DNA of 64,000 nt from positions 83,179-147,178 of the forward strand of contig JBBTUV010000003.1 of assembly GCA_038063535.1 (NCBI GenBank). The letters run 5' to 3'. Source of the DNA: Patescibacteria group bacterium (lineage in GTDB: Bacteria; Patescibacteriota; Minisyncoccia; Phycocordibacterales; UBA9973). Positions within the stretch are counted from its first letter, which is position 1; each line of letters starts with the position of its first letter. A program made the position numbers and the translations under genes. Of this stretch, positions 40,867-48,539 are shown in pieces. The notes under the pieces were generated by a model. It worked only from the letters and a program-made list of their open reading frames with translations. It was not told the origin of the DNA and did no database searches.

Positions 40867-41391
40867 ATGATGCTGCTTGCTTTTACAGGGAATGGCAAAG
40901 GGAAAACCACGGCGGCGCTCGGGAACGCTCTGCGGCTCCTCGGGGCGGGCAAGCGCGCTCTGATGGTGCAGTTTATCAAAGGGCCGTGGGAATCAGGCGA
41001 GCATAAATCAAGCGCCCGCCTTGAACCGGATCTCAAGATCATAAAAACCGGCAAGGGCTTTGTGGGGATTCTCGGGGACAATTTGCCGATCGAAGAGCAC
41101 CGAGAAGCTGCCGAGGAAGGATTTAAGGTAGCGCGTAAGGAAATTGCCGGGGGCAAATACCATCTCCTTATCTTAGATGAAGTCCATAACGCGATCCGGC
41201 TCGGACTCGTGCCCATTTCTTTTGTGCTCGCATTTCTCGACTATGCCCGCGACAAAGTGGAATATGTTATCACGACCGGCCGAGACGCAGCCAAAGAAAT
41301 TATTGACCGAGCCGATCTGGTGACAGAGATGCGCGACGTGAAACACCCGTTTAAAAAGGGCGTCAAAGCAAAGGTCGGAGTAGATTATTAG
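40867..41391 (+). CDS. cobO: Cob(I)alamin adenosyltransferase, CobO/BtuR type
   Basis: TGNGKGKTTAALG, QFIKG, ILDE, TGR, ADLVTEM..KHPF. Confidence 0.93.
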   Translation: MMLLAFTGNGKGKTTAALGNALRLLGAGKRALMVQFIKGPWESGEHKSSARLEPDLKIIKTGKGFVGILGDNLPIEEHREAAEEGFKVARKEIAGGKYHLLILDEVHNAIRLGLVPISFVLAFLDYARDKVEYVITTGRDAAKEIIDRADLVTEMRDVKHPFKKGVKAKVGVDY

Positions 41392-41416
41392 ATTATTAGG
41401 TTTTTAACAACTGAAG

Positions 41417-41506
41417 ACGTCTTGCGTTTGGAAGTGAGGTTTAATTCCTCCACTGTGCCGCAACGGTAATCTGCAAAAGCAGTAGTCCGGTCGTTACGTA
41501 AGATGT
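41417..41506 (+). promoter_or_regulatory. Cobalamin riboswitch, compact class-II-like aptamer
   Basis: GGAA-GTGAGG-TTTAATT-CCTC-CACTGTGCCGCAACGGTAA...AGTCCG B12-box-like core, closed by ACGTCTTGCGT/ACGTAAGATGT; flanked by B12 genes. Confidence 0.82.
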
Positions 41507-41536
41507 ATCCCGAGCAGGATGTTCGTTCATGAGTCG

Positions 41537-41558
41537 CCTGCTCTTAGCAGGTTTTTTT
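41537..41558 (+). terminator. Riboswitch expression-platform terminator
   Basis: CCTGCT-ctt-AGCAGG-T7; alternative partner GAGCAGG at 41512-41518. Confidence 0.75.
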
Positions 41559-41566
41559 ATTAAAAT

Positions 41567-42454
41567 ATGAAAAAAATAATTTTTGCTTCCATTATCCTTC
41601 TAACTTTTGGCCGGATTGCTTGGGCAGAAGAGGAAATATTGCCTCCTCCACCGGAGGAAGCCGTGGTTGAAGAAGCTCTGCCAGAACCAATTCCCGAACC
41701 GGAAGTAGTCCCCGAAGTCGAGTTTAGTATTCAAGATGGAGATTTTGCTCTCGAGAAAAGTCTCCACCTTCCGGAAGAGGGCAATGTCTCAATAGAGGGG
41801 CATGATGTGGATGCGCGCAGCGTTTTAGCGGTTCTTTATGCTTGGGACGAGGAGAGTAGTGACTTCGAAATTTCCGAGCTCATTTACTACCCATCATTCT
41901 CCGCTTTCTACGTGAAATGCATAACGCTTGAAGAAGAGAAATGCGACTATTGGATGTACAAGGTAAATAGTGAAGCGCCCTCGGTCGGGATGGATAGTTT
42001 CATTCTCGAAGCGGGCGATCAGGTGGAAATTTATTTTGACGACTCCTTCTTCGGTGAGCCGGAGGAAGATCCTCCGCCGGAAGTTGTGGAAGGTCCTCCC
42101 GAGGAAGAAGAAGGACCGCGAATAACGAGTTCAGGAAGCAGAGGGAAGTCGAGGGAGCCCGAAGAACCCAAGGAAGTGCCAACTGAAGAAGTTATCGTGG
42201 CCGCCCCTGCGGCGCCGCCGGTAGTTCCGGCAATTGTGCCTCCGCCGGTTGTATCCAAAGTTGCAAAAGCCGAGCCGGTCCAAGAGACACAGGAGCAAAT
42301 AGCTACAATCCCAGTATTAGAACCTCCGCCGATCGGACTTTCCGCCGCGCCCATCGAGAGTGGAAATTCTCCAAAAGCTCCGATTGTACTCGGCGGGATT
42401 GCCGCACTTCTGGTTTTGATTTTTCTGGGCAAGAGATTTCTAATGAAAAATTAG
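41567..42454 (+). CDS. Surface protein with DUF4430/transcobalamin-like domain, probable B12 binder
   Basis: Signal peptide, YWMYKVN...VG.....L..GD motif, Pro/Glu-rich stalk, C-terminal TM anchor; downstream of riboswitch. Confidence 0.75.
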   Translation: MKKIIFASIILLTFGRIAWAEEEILPPPPEEAVVEEALPEPIPEPEVVPEVEFSIQDGDFALEKSLHLPEEGNVSIEGHDVDARSVLAVLYAWDEESSDFEISELIYYPSFSAFYVKCITLEEEKCDYWMYKVNSEAPSVGMDSFILEAGDQVEIYFDDSFFGEPEEDPPPEVVEGPPEEEEGPRITSSGSRGKSREPEEPKEVPTEEVIVAAPAAPPVVPAIVPPPVVSKVAKAEPVQETQEQIATIPVLEPPPIGLSAAPIESGNSPKAPIVLGGIAALLVLIFLGKRFLMKN

Positions 42455-42488
42455 TTGCAATTTTTTGAAACCAGTTTAAAATTAAAAC

Positions 42489-42797
42489 ATGAACGGACTC
42501 AAAATCAAAAGACCTCTTCCCAGAACCGCTTACGAGCGAAACGCGGTGACCTATAAAATTTTGGCGAACCCGAAGCGATTGGAAATTTTAAATCTCCTGT
42601 GCGAGCAGGAGATGCCGGTGGAATCCCTGGTCAAGGAGCTCGGCATTACCAAGGCGAACGTTTCCCAGCACCTCGCGCTCCTCCGCCACGCCGATCTCGT
42701 GACCGTGCGCCGAAACGGCCTAAACGCTTACTACAACATTATAGATCCGCGCATCGTCGAACCCTGCCGAATCCTGCACAAACTTCACTCGAAGTGA
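42489..42797 (+). CDS. ArsR/SmtB family transcriptional regulator
   Basis: LANPKRLEIL, ANVSQHLALLR. Confidence 0.92.
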   Translation: MNGLKIKRPLPRTAYERNAVTYKILANPKRLEILNLLCEQEMPVESLVKELGITKANVSQHLALLRHADLVTVRRNGLNAYYNIIDPRIVEPCRILHKLHSK

Positions 42798-42818
42798 AAA
42801 ATCTGATATAATGGGGGA

Positions 42819-43058
42819 ATGTTGACCGATTTCATACAAAAAAGGCTAAAAAGCGCTAAATATAAAATCTTGAAAGACAGAAGTTATTTCGGGGAAATTA
42901 CTGGGATGAGAGGGGTTTGGGCTAACGCAAGAACTCTCGAGGCATGCAGGAAAGAGCTTCAAGAAGTGCTTGAAGATTGGCTGGTTCTATCTATCAAGCG
43001 CGATAAGAATATTCCCGGCTTCAATTTCCCGAGTGCTCGAATTTTGAGAGATGCCTAG
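42819..43058 (+). CDS. hicB: HicB-family antitoxin (short)
   Basis: YFGEI....GVWA...TLE.C..EL.EVLEDW. Confidence 0.82.
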   Translation: MLTDFIQKRLKSAKYKILKDRSYFGEITGMRGVWANARTLEACRKELQEVLEDWLVLSIKRDKNIPGFNFPSARILRDA

Positions 43059-43263
43059 GGCAGTCTCAGCCAGGAAGCTTATCGAAAACCTCCGACTCTT
43101 TGGTTTTACCGGCCCGTATTCGGGAGGCAGGCACATGTTCATGATCAAAGGAAATTTGAAACTGCGAATCCCTAATCCCCACCACGGCGATATTTCTAAG
43201 AGCTTGCTTTCCGAGATCCTTCGTCAGGCCGGAATTTCCGCAAGCGAGTGGAATAAGTTATAA
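43051..43263 (+). CDS. hicA: HicA-family mRNA interferase toxin
   Basis: GF..SGGRH, IPNPH.GDI, L..ILRQAGI. Confidence 0.85.
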   Translation: MPRAVSARKLIENLRLFGFTGPYSGGRHMFMIKGNLKLRIPNPHHGDISKSLLSEILRQAGISASEWNKL

Positions 43264-43276
43264 TAAAAGTTTTTTC

Positions 43277-43305
43277 TTGACTTTTTAACTCAAAAGGTGT
43301 ATAAT
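43277..43305 (+). promoter_or_regulatory. Near-consensus sigma70 promoter of DGR target gene
   Basis: TTGACT-17 nt-TATAAT. Confidence 0.75.
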
Positions 43306-43455
43306 TGAAAGGTAAATAAGTTCTTTCAAGCTACTTGTTTACCTGCCTCTGGTGGGCAAAAAGTCGCCCTAGCTTTGAGCGCATAATTTTTTGTGCTTTC
43401 GGAGCTATGGCGACACCTCGGTCGCCTAGCGGACTCATATTTAAGGAGAACGGCA

Positions 43456-44097
43456 ATGTCTACCCAGAACATGCCGGAAGACGAAGTCGAACTTGCGACC
43501 GATGAACAACTCGGTCATATCCTCGACATGTGGCGCCGCCGGCTGAGGGGCCGCAAGCTCACCAACCCCGAGGCGCAGGCCATCATCACCAACGGCGGGT
43601 TCTATCTGCCGGTGATGGACGAGGCCGCTGATGTGCTCGTGGACCGCGTTCGTTCGGAAATCTCGAACACGATCGTTGTTTATCTGAACAACATCAAGCG
43701 CGGACAGACTGTTGAGCAGCTTCTCGATGCGACGGGGCGCAGGCAGTACACGGAGAAGTCTTCCGTCGCCACCATGCCACTCGTCGGCAACGGCGGCCCA
43801 CTCTCGGGTGAGTTCGTCTGGTTCAAGTCAGACGGTGGATTGTCTGACGCCGGAGTGGAGGAGGAGCGTGTCAGGCGCGGTCTCGTCCGCGATCTAGAGA
43901 TGCAGCTCCAGTACAACGCGGAGCACCCGGAGTTCGCCGATACGCACCCAAACGGCGATAGTTGGCCCGCAGACGACAAGGGCAACTACAATTTCGTCGG
44001 CCTCGGCCGGTGGGGCGGCGGGCGTGGGGTCGTTGTGGGCCGCGGCGGCGGCGGCGGGTGGGGTGCTGGCGACTGGTTCGGGGGCCGCCGCAAGTAG
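43456..44097 (+). CDS. DGR target protein (213 aa) with C-terminal variable region
   Basis: SD AAGGAG at 43443, ATG 43456; C-terminal codons from 43987 are the VR. Confidence 0.9.
   Translation: MSTQNMPEDEVELATDEQLGHILDMWRRRLRGRKLTNPEAQAIITNGGFYLPVMDEAADVLVDRVRSEISNTIVVYLNNIKRGQTVEQLLDATGRRQYTEKSSVATMPLVGNGGPLSGEFVWFKSDGGLSDAGVEEERVRRGLVRDLEMQLQYNAEHPEFADTHPNGDSWPADDKGNYNFVGLGRWGGGRGVVVGRGGGGGWGAGDWFGGRRK
43987..44093 (+). repeat. DGR variable repeat (VR)
   Basis: Ungapped alignment to 44436-44542 with 25 mismatches, all at TR A; invariant GC-rich 3' end TGGTTCGGGGGCCGCCGC. Confidence 0.96.
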
Positions 44098-44164
44098 TAC
44101 TTAGGACTTAGTCACTGTGGTCTTTTTGACACTTTGACTTTTGTCCTGCATTGGATTTACCTAG

Positions 44165-44192
44165 GGCTCCGCCGTATACCACGTGCGGAGCC
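44165..44192 (+). terminator. Hairpin downstream of VR (terminator and/or DGR target-recognition stem-loop)
   Basis: GGCTCCGC / GCGGAGCC stem followed by T-rich run. Confidence 0.6.
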
Positions 44193-44435
44193 GCTTGTTT
44201 TTATATATAATCAAATTGGTAGTAGGTGAATACGCGGGCGATCACGGTTTCCCGCTACCGAACCCAGTACCCATACATCGAGAGTGCTTGTGACCACGTG
44301 TTTCGGGCAGAGTGATGTATGCAGACACTTCAACAAAAAAAGAAGTTACTTGGTATGAAATGCTAGGGCATTGCGATGCCGAATACGATACAACCTCGAG
44401 AGTATTCGAAGGGTGGTGGCACAGAAGGCATTTCA

Positions 44436-44542
44436 TACAATTTCGTCAACCTCAACCAGTGGAACGACGAGCGTAAGGTCAATGTGAACCGCAGCAACGG
44501 CAACAGGTGGAATGCTAGCAACTGGTTCGGGGGCCGCCGCAA
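44436..44542 (+). repeat. DGR template repeat (TR)
   Basis: AAC/AAT-rich copy of VR (reads YNFVNLNQWNDERKVNVNRSNGNRWNASNWFGGRR). Confidence 0.96.
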
Positions 44543-44560
44543 CCCACTTCTTTCTCTCCT

Positions 44561-44962
44561 TTAACCGGGAGAGTTTTGTTTTGCAAGCTGTGCAGTTAGT
44601 TGTCCTTGCCATCCTCCGAGCATTTTGCCAACTTCTTCAATTTTCTCTGACAAAACAATATATTTTTTGTTGTCGAATGATTTAGTTTCCCACAATACCA
44701 TCAAAAGTATTTTTATCGTGTCAACTTTCCTCCTGGCCAAGCGAACCCAAGGCAGCTTCTCTTCTTTTGATAAAAAAGTGGCAATCGAAATTGCCTCAAT
44801 TATTTCTACAAACAAGCAATCAATTCTTTCCCCGAGCGAATATCGATGGATTTTTGCTAAAATGTTATGATAGCTATGCCAGAGAATATAGACACTTTTC
44901 AACTTGCCAAGAACCGGCAAAATCGAAGCGGGGGGGGGCTTTGTAGTCATAAATTTCATCAT
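44561..44962 (-). CDS. avd: Avd-like accessory protein (four-helix bundle)
   Basis: RYSLGERI and EVGKMLGGW motifs, about 130 aa, lies between TR and RT. Confidence 0.85.
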   Translation of the reverse strand: MMKFMTTKPPPASILPVLGKLKSVYILWHSYHNILAKIHRYSLGERIDCLFVEIIEAISIATFLSKEEKLPWVRLARRKVDTIKILLMVLWETKSFDNKKYIVLSEKIEEVGKMLGGWQGQLTAQLAKQNSPG

Positions 44963-45934
44963 ATCATTTCTCTCGAAAACTTGCTGTTAGCGTGGCAAGA
45001 ATTTCTAGTCGGCAAAAAATCCCGGAAAGACGTGCAGGAATTCGAGAGGAATCTGATGGAGAACATAATTTCTTTACATCAAGATCTCGCCAACAAAACA
45101 TACAGGCATGGAAGTTATCACGCCTTCAACATCTCCGATCCCAAGCCCAGAAACATCCACAAAGCAAACGTTCGAGACAGATTGCTCCATCATGCCATCT
45201 ATCGAGTGCTGTACCCATATTTCGACCCAAAATTCATTACCGATTCATATTCTTGCAGGTTGAATAAAGGCACGCATAGGGCCATGAACAGATTCAGGGA
45301 ATTCGCATATAAAGTTTCGAAGAACAACATGCGAACCTGCTGGATTCTCAAATGCGACATCACGAAATTCTTCGCAAGCATCGATCATGATATGTTGAAG
45401 AAGATTTTAGCAAAACATATCGAGGACAGAGATATTCTTCGATTTTTAGGAGGGGTGATAGATAGTTTTCACACTCCCCAAGGTGTTTCCTTGGGGAAGG
45501 GGTTGCCACTTGGGAATTTAACTTCCCAACTCCTAGTGAATGTGTATATGAACGAGTTTGATCAATTTATGAAGCATAGGCTCAAGGTTAAATATTACGT
45601 CCGCTACGCAGACGACTTTGTGATATTAAGTGAAGGCAGAAACCAACTTATTACATTAAGGCGATATATCGCCATTTTCCTGAAAGAAGAATTGAAACTG
45701 GAACTGCCCCCTAACAAGATTTTTGTCAAAACATCAGCTTCCGGGATAGATTTCTTGGGCTGGGTGCATTTCCCGGAGCATAGAGTGCTGAGAACTACAA
45801 CAAAAAGGAGAATGCTAAAAAATTTAAAAGCAAATTATGAGAACGAAACCCTGCAATCTTATCTGGGGATGCTCTCGCACGGGAATACTCAACTTACTCA
45901 AAATGAAATTCGCCAGCTCGCTCACGCACTCTAG
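44867..45934 (+). CDS. DGR reverse transcriptase
   Basis: DPKPRNI, RDRLLHH, KGTH, CDITKFFASIDH, GLPLGNLTSQ, YVRYADDF, IDFLG; start (44867 or 44876) uncertain. Confidence 0.95.
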   Translation: MIAMPENIDTFQLAKNRQNRSGGGLCSHKFHHIISLENLLLAWQEFLVGKKSRKDVQEFERNLMENIISLHQDLANKTYRHGSYHAFNISDPKPRNIHKANVRDRLLHHAIYRVLYPYFDPKFITDSYSCRLNKGTHRAMNRFREFAYKVSKNNMRTCWILKCDITKFFASIDHDMLKKILAKHIEDRDILRFLGGVIDSFHTPQGVSLGKGLPLGNLTSQLLVNVYMNEFDQFMKHRLKVKYYVRYADDFVILSEGRNQLITLRRYIAIFLKEELKLELPPNKIFVKTSASGIDFLGWVHFPEHRVLRTTTKRRMLKNLKANYENETLQSYLGMLSHGNTQLTQNEIRQLAHAL

Positions 45935-48029
45935 ATTTAAGGAGCGGATATTTGAAGAGTTCCGGGTCTTCAGCGATGAGGCGGACCGCTTCGATGCGGG
46001 CCGCTTCTACCATTTTTAGATTTTTTATCGCTTCCATGCCGATGTCCGAGAGGCCCCACTGCTTCGCGCCCGAGAGTTCACCGGCACCGCGCAGTGCTAG
46101 ATCCAGCTCCGCAAGCTCAAACCCGTTCTTAGCGGTTTTAAGCGCTTTCAGGCGCTCCACCGTCTTCCCAGATTTCGCCTCCGCGAAGATGTAGCAGTAT
46201 GCCTGATGAGTGCTACGGAGCACCCGGCCGCGCAGCTGATGCAGTTGTGCCAAGCCGAAGCGCTCTGCGCCTTCGATGATGATGACGGTTGCGTTCGGCA
46301 CGTTCACGCCCACTTCGACCACGCTGGTCGCGCATAGGATATTTATTTTTCCTTTGGCGAAATCGTTCATCACGCCTTCTTTCTTCTCCTTGCTCATTTT
46401 CGAGTGAAGCACCCCCGTATCATATTCTGGAAAAATTTCTTTTTTCAAGCGTTTAGCCTCTTCCACTGCGCTCTTTACGTTAAGCGCCAGCTCTTTTTCC
46501 GGATCGGCCTCATAGATGCGGGGACAAATCACAAAAACCTGCCTTCCGACTTTTATCTCATCTCTCACCCGCTCATAGGTTCCACCTCTGTTATTGGGGG
46601 TAATGATTTCAGTAATTATCTCCTTTCTTCCCGGTGGCATTTCGTCCAAAAGCGATAGATCAAGGTCGCCGTAAATCGTAAGCGCAAGCGTGCGGGGGAT
46701 TGGCGTGGCGGTCATCGACAATAAGTGCGGCGCGACATTATCTTTCCGCACGAGCTTTCTCCTTTGCGCTGTGCCAAATCGGTGCTGCTCGTCGATCACG
46801 ACAAAAGCCAGATTTTTGAATTTCACGGTTTTTTGTATGAGCGCATGTGTGCCGATGAGTATCGGGATCTGTCCTTCGGCGACCCATTTCAAGAGCTGGC
46901 TTCGCGAAATAGGCGTCGCGTCTTTCGGATTTACTTTCGAGGGGAATTTCTTACACCCGCTTCCGGTGATAAGCCCCACTTGGATTCCGGTATGAAAAAA
47001 ATACTGAATGAAAGAATAGAAATGCTGTGTCGCCAAAATTTCCGTGGGCGCCATATACGCTACCTGAAGATTTTTTTTGACCACTTCGTTCGCAGCGGTG
47101 GCCGCGACCGCGGTTTTCCCACTCCCGACATCGCCTTCCAAGAGGCGTGACATCGGAAAGTCGTGCGACATGTCTTCTAAAATAGTTTGGATAGATTTCT
47201 TTTGCGCGCTGGTTGCTTCGAATGGAAAGCGTTTCAAGAATTCATCAACCCCTTTTTTATTTATCTTGATTTTGAAAGATTTGTTTTTCCTGTATTCGTG
47301 CTTGTCATGCTGGCGCTCGAGCTGGATGCAAAAAACCTCCTCGAAAGCGAATCTTTTCCGTGCGGCCTCGGCGTTCTTCGGATTTTTTGGCTTGTGAATC
47401 CAGATGAGTGCGGTTTTGAGAGACGGGAGGGAATATTTTTTCAGGATTTCTTCCGGGATATAATCAGAAATTTTGTAGAGAGTTTTATCTCGCAAAATTT
47501 TCTCTATTGCATGATAAAACCATTTACTCGTTATGCCGCGGGTTTCAGGGTAGACCGGGAAGGAGAGGCCAGTTGAGATTTTACCGTTTGCAAAAATACT
47601 CACATGCGAATCAATGGGCATATTGGGCATGCGCTCGAACTCCGGGTTGGCGAGATACGTGCCGCTCTTTCCGCCAGTAACTCTGCCTGTGAGCTTTACA
47701 CTTTCACCCTCGTGGAGCATCTTGGCAAGGTAGGCCTGGTTGTACCAGATGATTTTGATTTTGCCGGAGAGATCTTCGATGATTCCTTCGGCCATTGGCG
47801 TCTTACTCCGCCAAGCCTTTTTGGTTTTTAGTTTCGAAACCTTCCCGTATATAGTTGCCATCTCGCCGGGCACTAGTTCTTCGATTCTTTTGACCGTACT
47901 CACATCTGAATATCTCACTGGAAAGTGAAAAAGAAGATCGTGAACCGTAAAGAGTTTAAGCCGCCGGAGCGCCCTTTTTTGATTAACATCAATCCTGAAT
48001 TTTTCTTCTAATCTACAGGAGAGTTCCAT
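45894..48029 (-). CDS. recG: ATP-dependent DNA helicase RecG
   Basis: GDVGSGKT, MAPTEILA, DEQHRFG, MTATPIPR, AERFGLAQLHQLRGRV; 41-nt convergent overlap with RT. Confidence 0.97.
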   Translation of the reverse strand: MELSCRLEEKFRIDVNQKRALRRLKLFTVHDLLFHFPVRYSDVSTVKRIEELVPGEMATIYGKVSKLKTKKAWRSKTPMAEGIIEDLSGKIKIIWYNQAYLAKMLHEGESVKLTGRVTGGKSGTYLANPEFERMPNMPIDSHVSIFANGKISTGLSFPVYPETRGITSKWFYHAIEKILRDKTLYKISDYIPEEILKKYSLPSLKTALIWIHKPKNPKNAEAARKRFAFEEVFCIQLERQHDKHEYRKNKSFKIKINKKGVDEFLKRFPFEATSAQKKSIQTILEDMSHDFPMSRLLEGDVGSGKTAVAATAANEVVKKNLQVAYMAPTEILATQHFYSFIQYFFHTGIQVGLITGSGCKKFPSKVNPKDATPISRSQLLKWVAEGQIPILIGTHALIQKTVKFKNLAFVVIDEQHRFGTAQRRKLVRKDNVAPHLLSMTATPIPRTLALTIYGDLDLSLLDEMPPGRKEIITEIITPNNRGGTYERVRDEIKVGRQVFVICPRIYEADPEKELALNVKSAVEEAKRLKKEIFPEYDTGVLHSKMSKEKKEGVMNDFAKGKINILCATSVVEVGVNVPNATVIIIEGAERFGLAQLHQLRGRVLRSTHQAYCYIFAEAKSGKTVERLKALKTAKNGFELAELDLALRGAGELSGAKQWGLSDIGMEAIKNLKMVEAARIEAVRLIAEDPELFKYPLLKSRVRERAGEFHFE

Positions 48030-48093
48030 AAATTAAAGCGATTTTATTGTATCATGATTTGCAATTTGCACCCGGTTGATGTATAATGCTCGC

Positions 48094-48477
48094 ATGAAGC
48101 CTTTGTTTGCGACGCTTATGATCATTAGTTTCACGGCAGTTACCTTACTTGGAGCTTTTGGCATGCATCTAGGCATGCAAAGCCATGACGGCAACTGCAT
48201 CTTCGCGGCCGCCAAAGGCGTCGATTGCCCTAAGGGCAATAGCCTCATCGCATATTTGAATTTTCATCTCGATGCCTATAAAGATTTTTCTCTTACCCTT
48301 CTTTCTTATCTTCTGCTTGCCCTTTCTCTTTCCGCATCCATTTTCACTTTTTACCTTTTCAAACCGCTTCGGCCGCATTTCGCAAAATATCGGGTAGAGA
48401 ATTCTCATTCGCACAAAAGGGCGCGCAAGCTCACTCGTTGGCTCTCTCTTCGCGAGAATAGCCCCAATAGCCTCTAA
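48094..48477 (+). CDS. Hypothetical membrane protein with His/Met/Cys patch
   Basis: Two hydrophobic segments, MHLGMQSHDGNC..C, C-terminal ENSP; promoter TTGCAA-17-TATAAT 6 nt before ATG. Confidence 0.65.
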   Translation: MKPLFATLMIISFTAVTLLGAFGMHLGMQSHDGNCIFAAAKGVDCPKGNSLIAYLNFHLDAYKDFSLTLLSYLLLALSLSASIFTFYLFKPLRPHFAKYRVENSHSHKRARKLTRWLSLRENSPNSL

Positions 48478-48539
48478 CTAACCGAGAAAAATCGCGGACG
48501 CGTTTTTTCTCGTGATTTACTCGTTTAACTTTCATTCAA

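Larger units (their letters stand above)
43277..45934. mobile_element. Diversity-generating retroelement: target(VR) - TR - avd (antisense) - RT
   Basis: 107-nt VR/TR pair differing only at TR adenines, Avd-like gene, DGR-type RT. Confidence 0.96.

Noticed and set aside
42060-42360. Pro/Glu-rich repetitive stretch in the DUF4430-like protein as a second VR
   Set aside because: No similarity to the TR; ordinary low-complexity linker
43999-44070. Gly-rich tail as a simple GGC microsatellite or glycine-rich domain
   Set aside because: Fully explained base by base by substitution at TR adenines, with no indels
44376-44564. 62-aa ORF spanning the TR
   Set aside because: Openness is expected because TR mirrors the VR frame; no SD seen; better explained as template RNA, though translation is not excluded
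44867-45934. RT as group II intron, retron or CRISPR-associated RT
   Set aside because: LGNLTSQ signature, short length, and adjacent TR/VR and Avd indicate a DGR; no cas genes or intron structure seen
48483-48512. Inverted repeat CGAGAAAAA...TTTTTCTCG
   Set aside because: Most simply an intergenic terminator or stabilising hairpin; nothing further to support novelty
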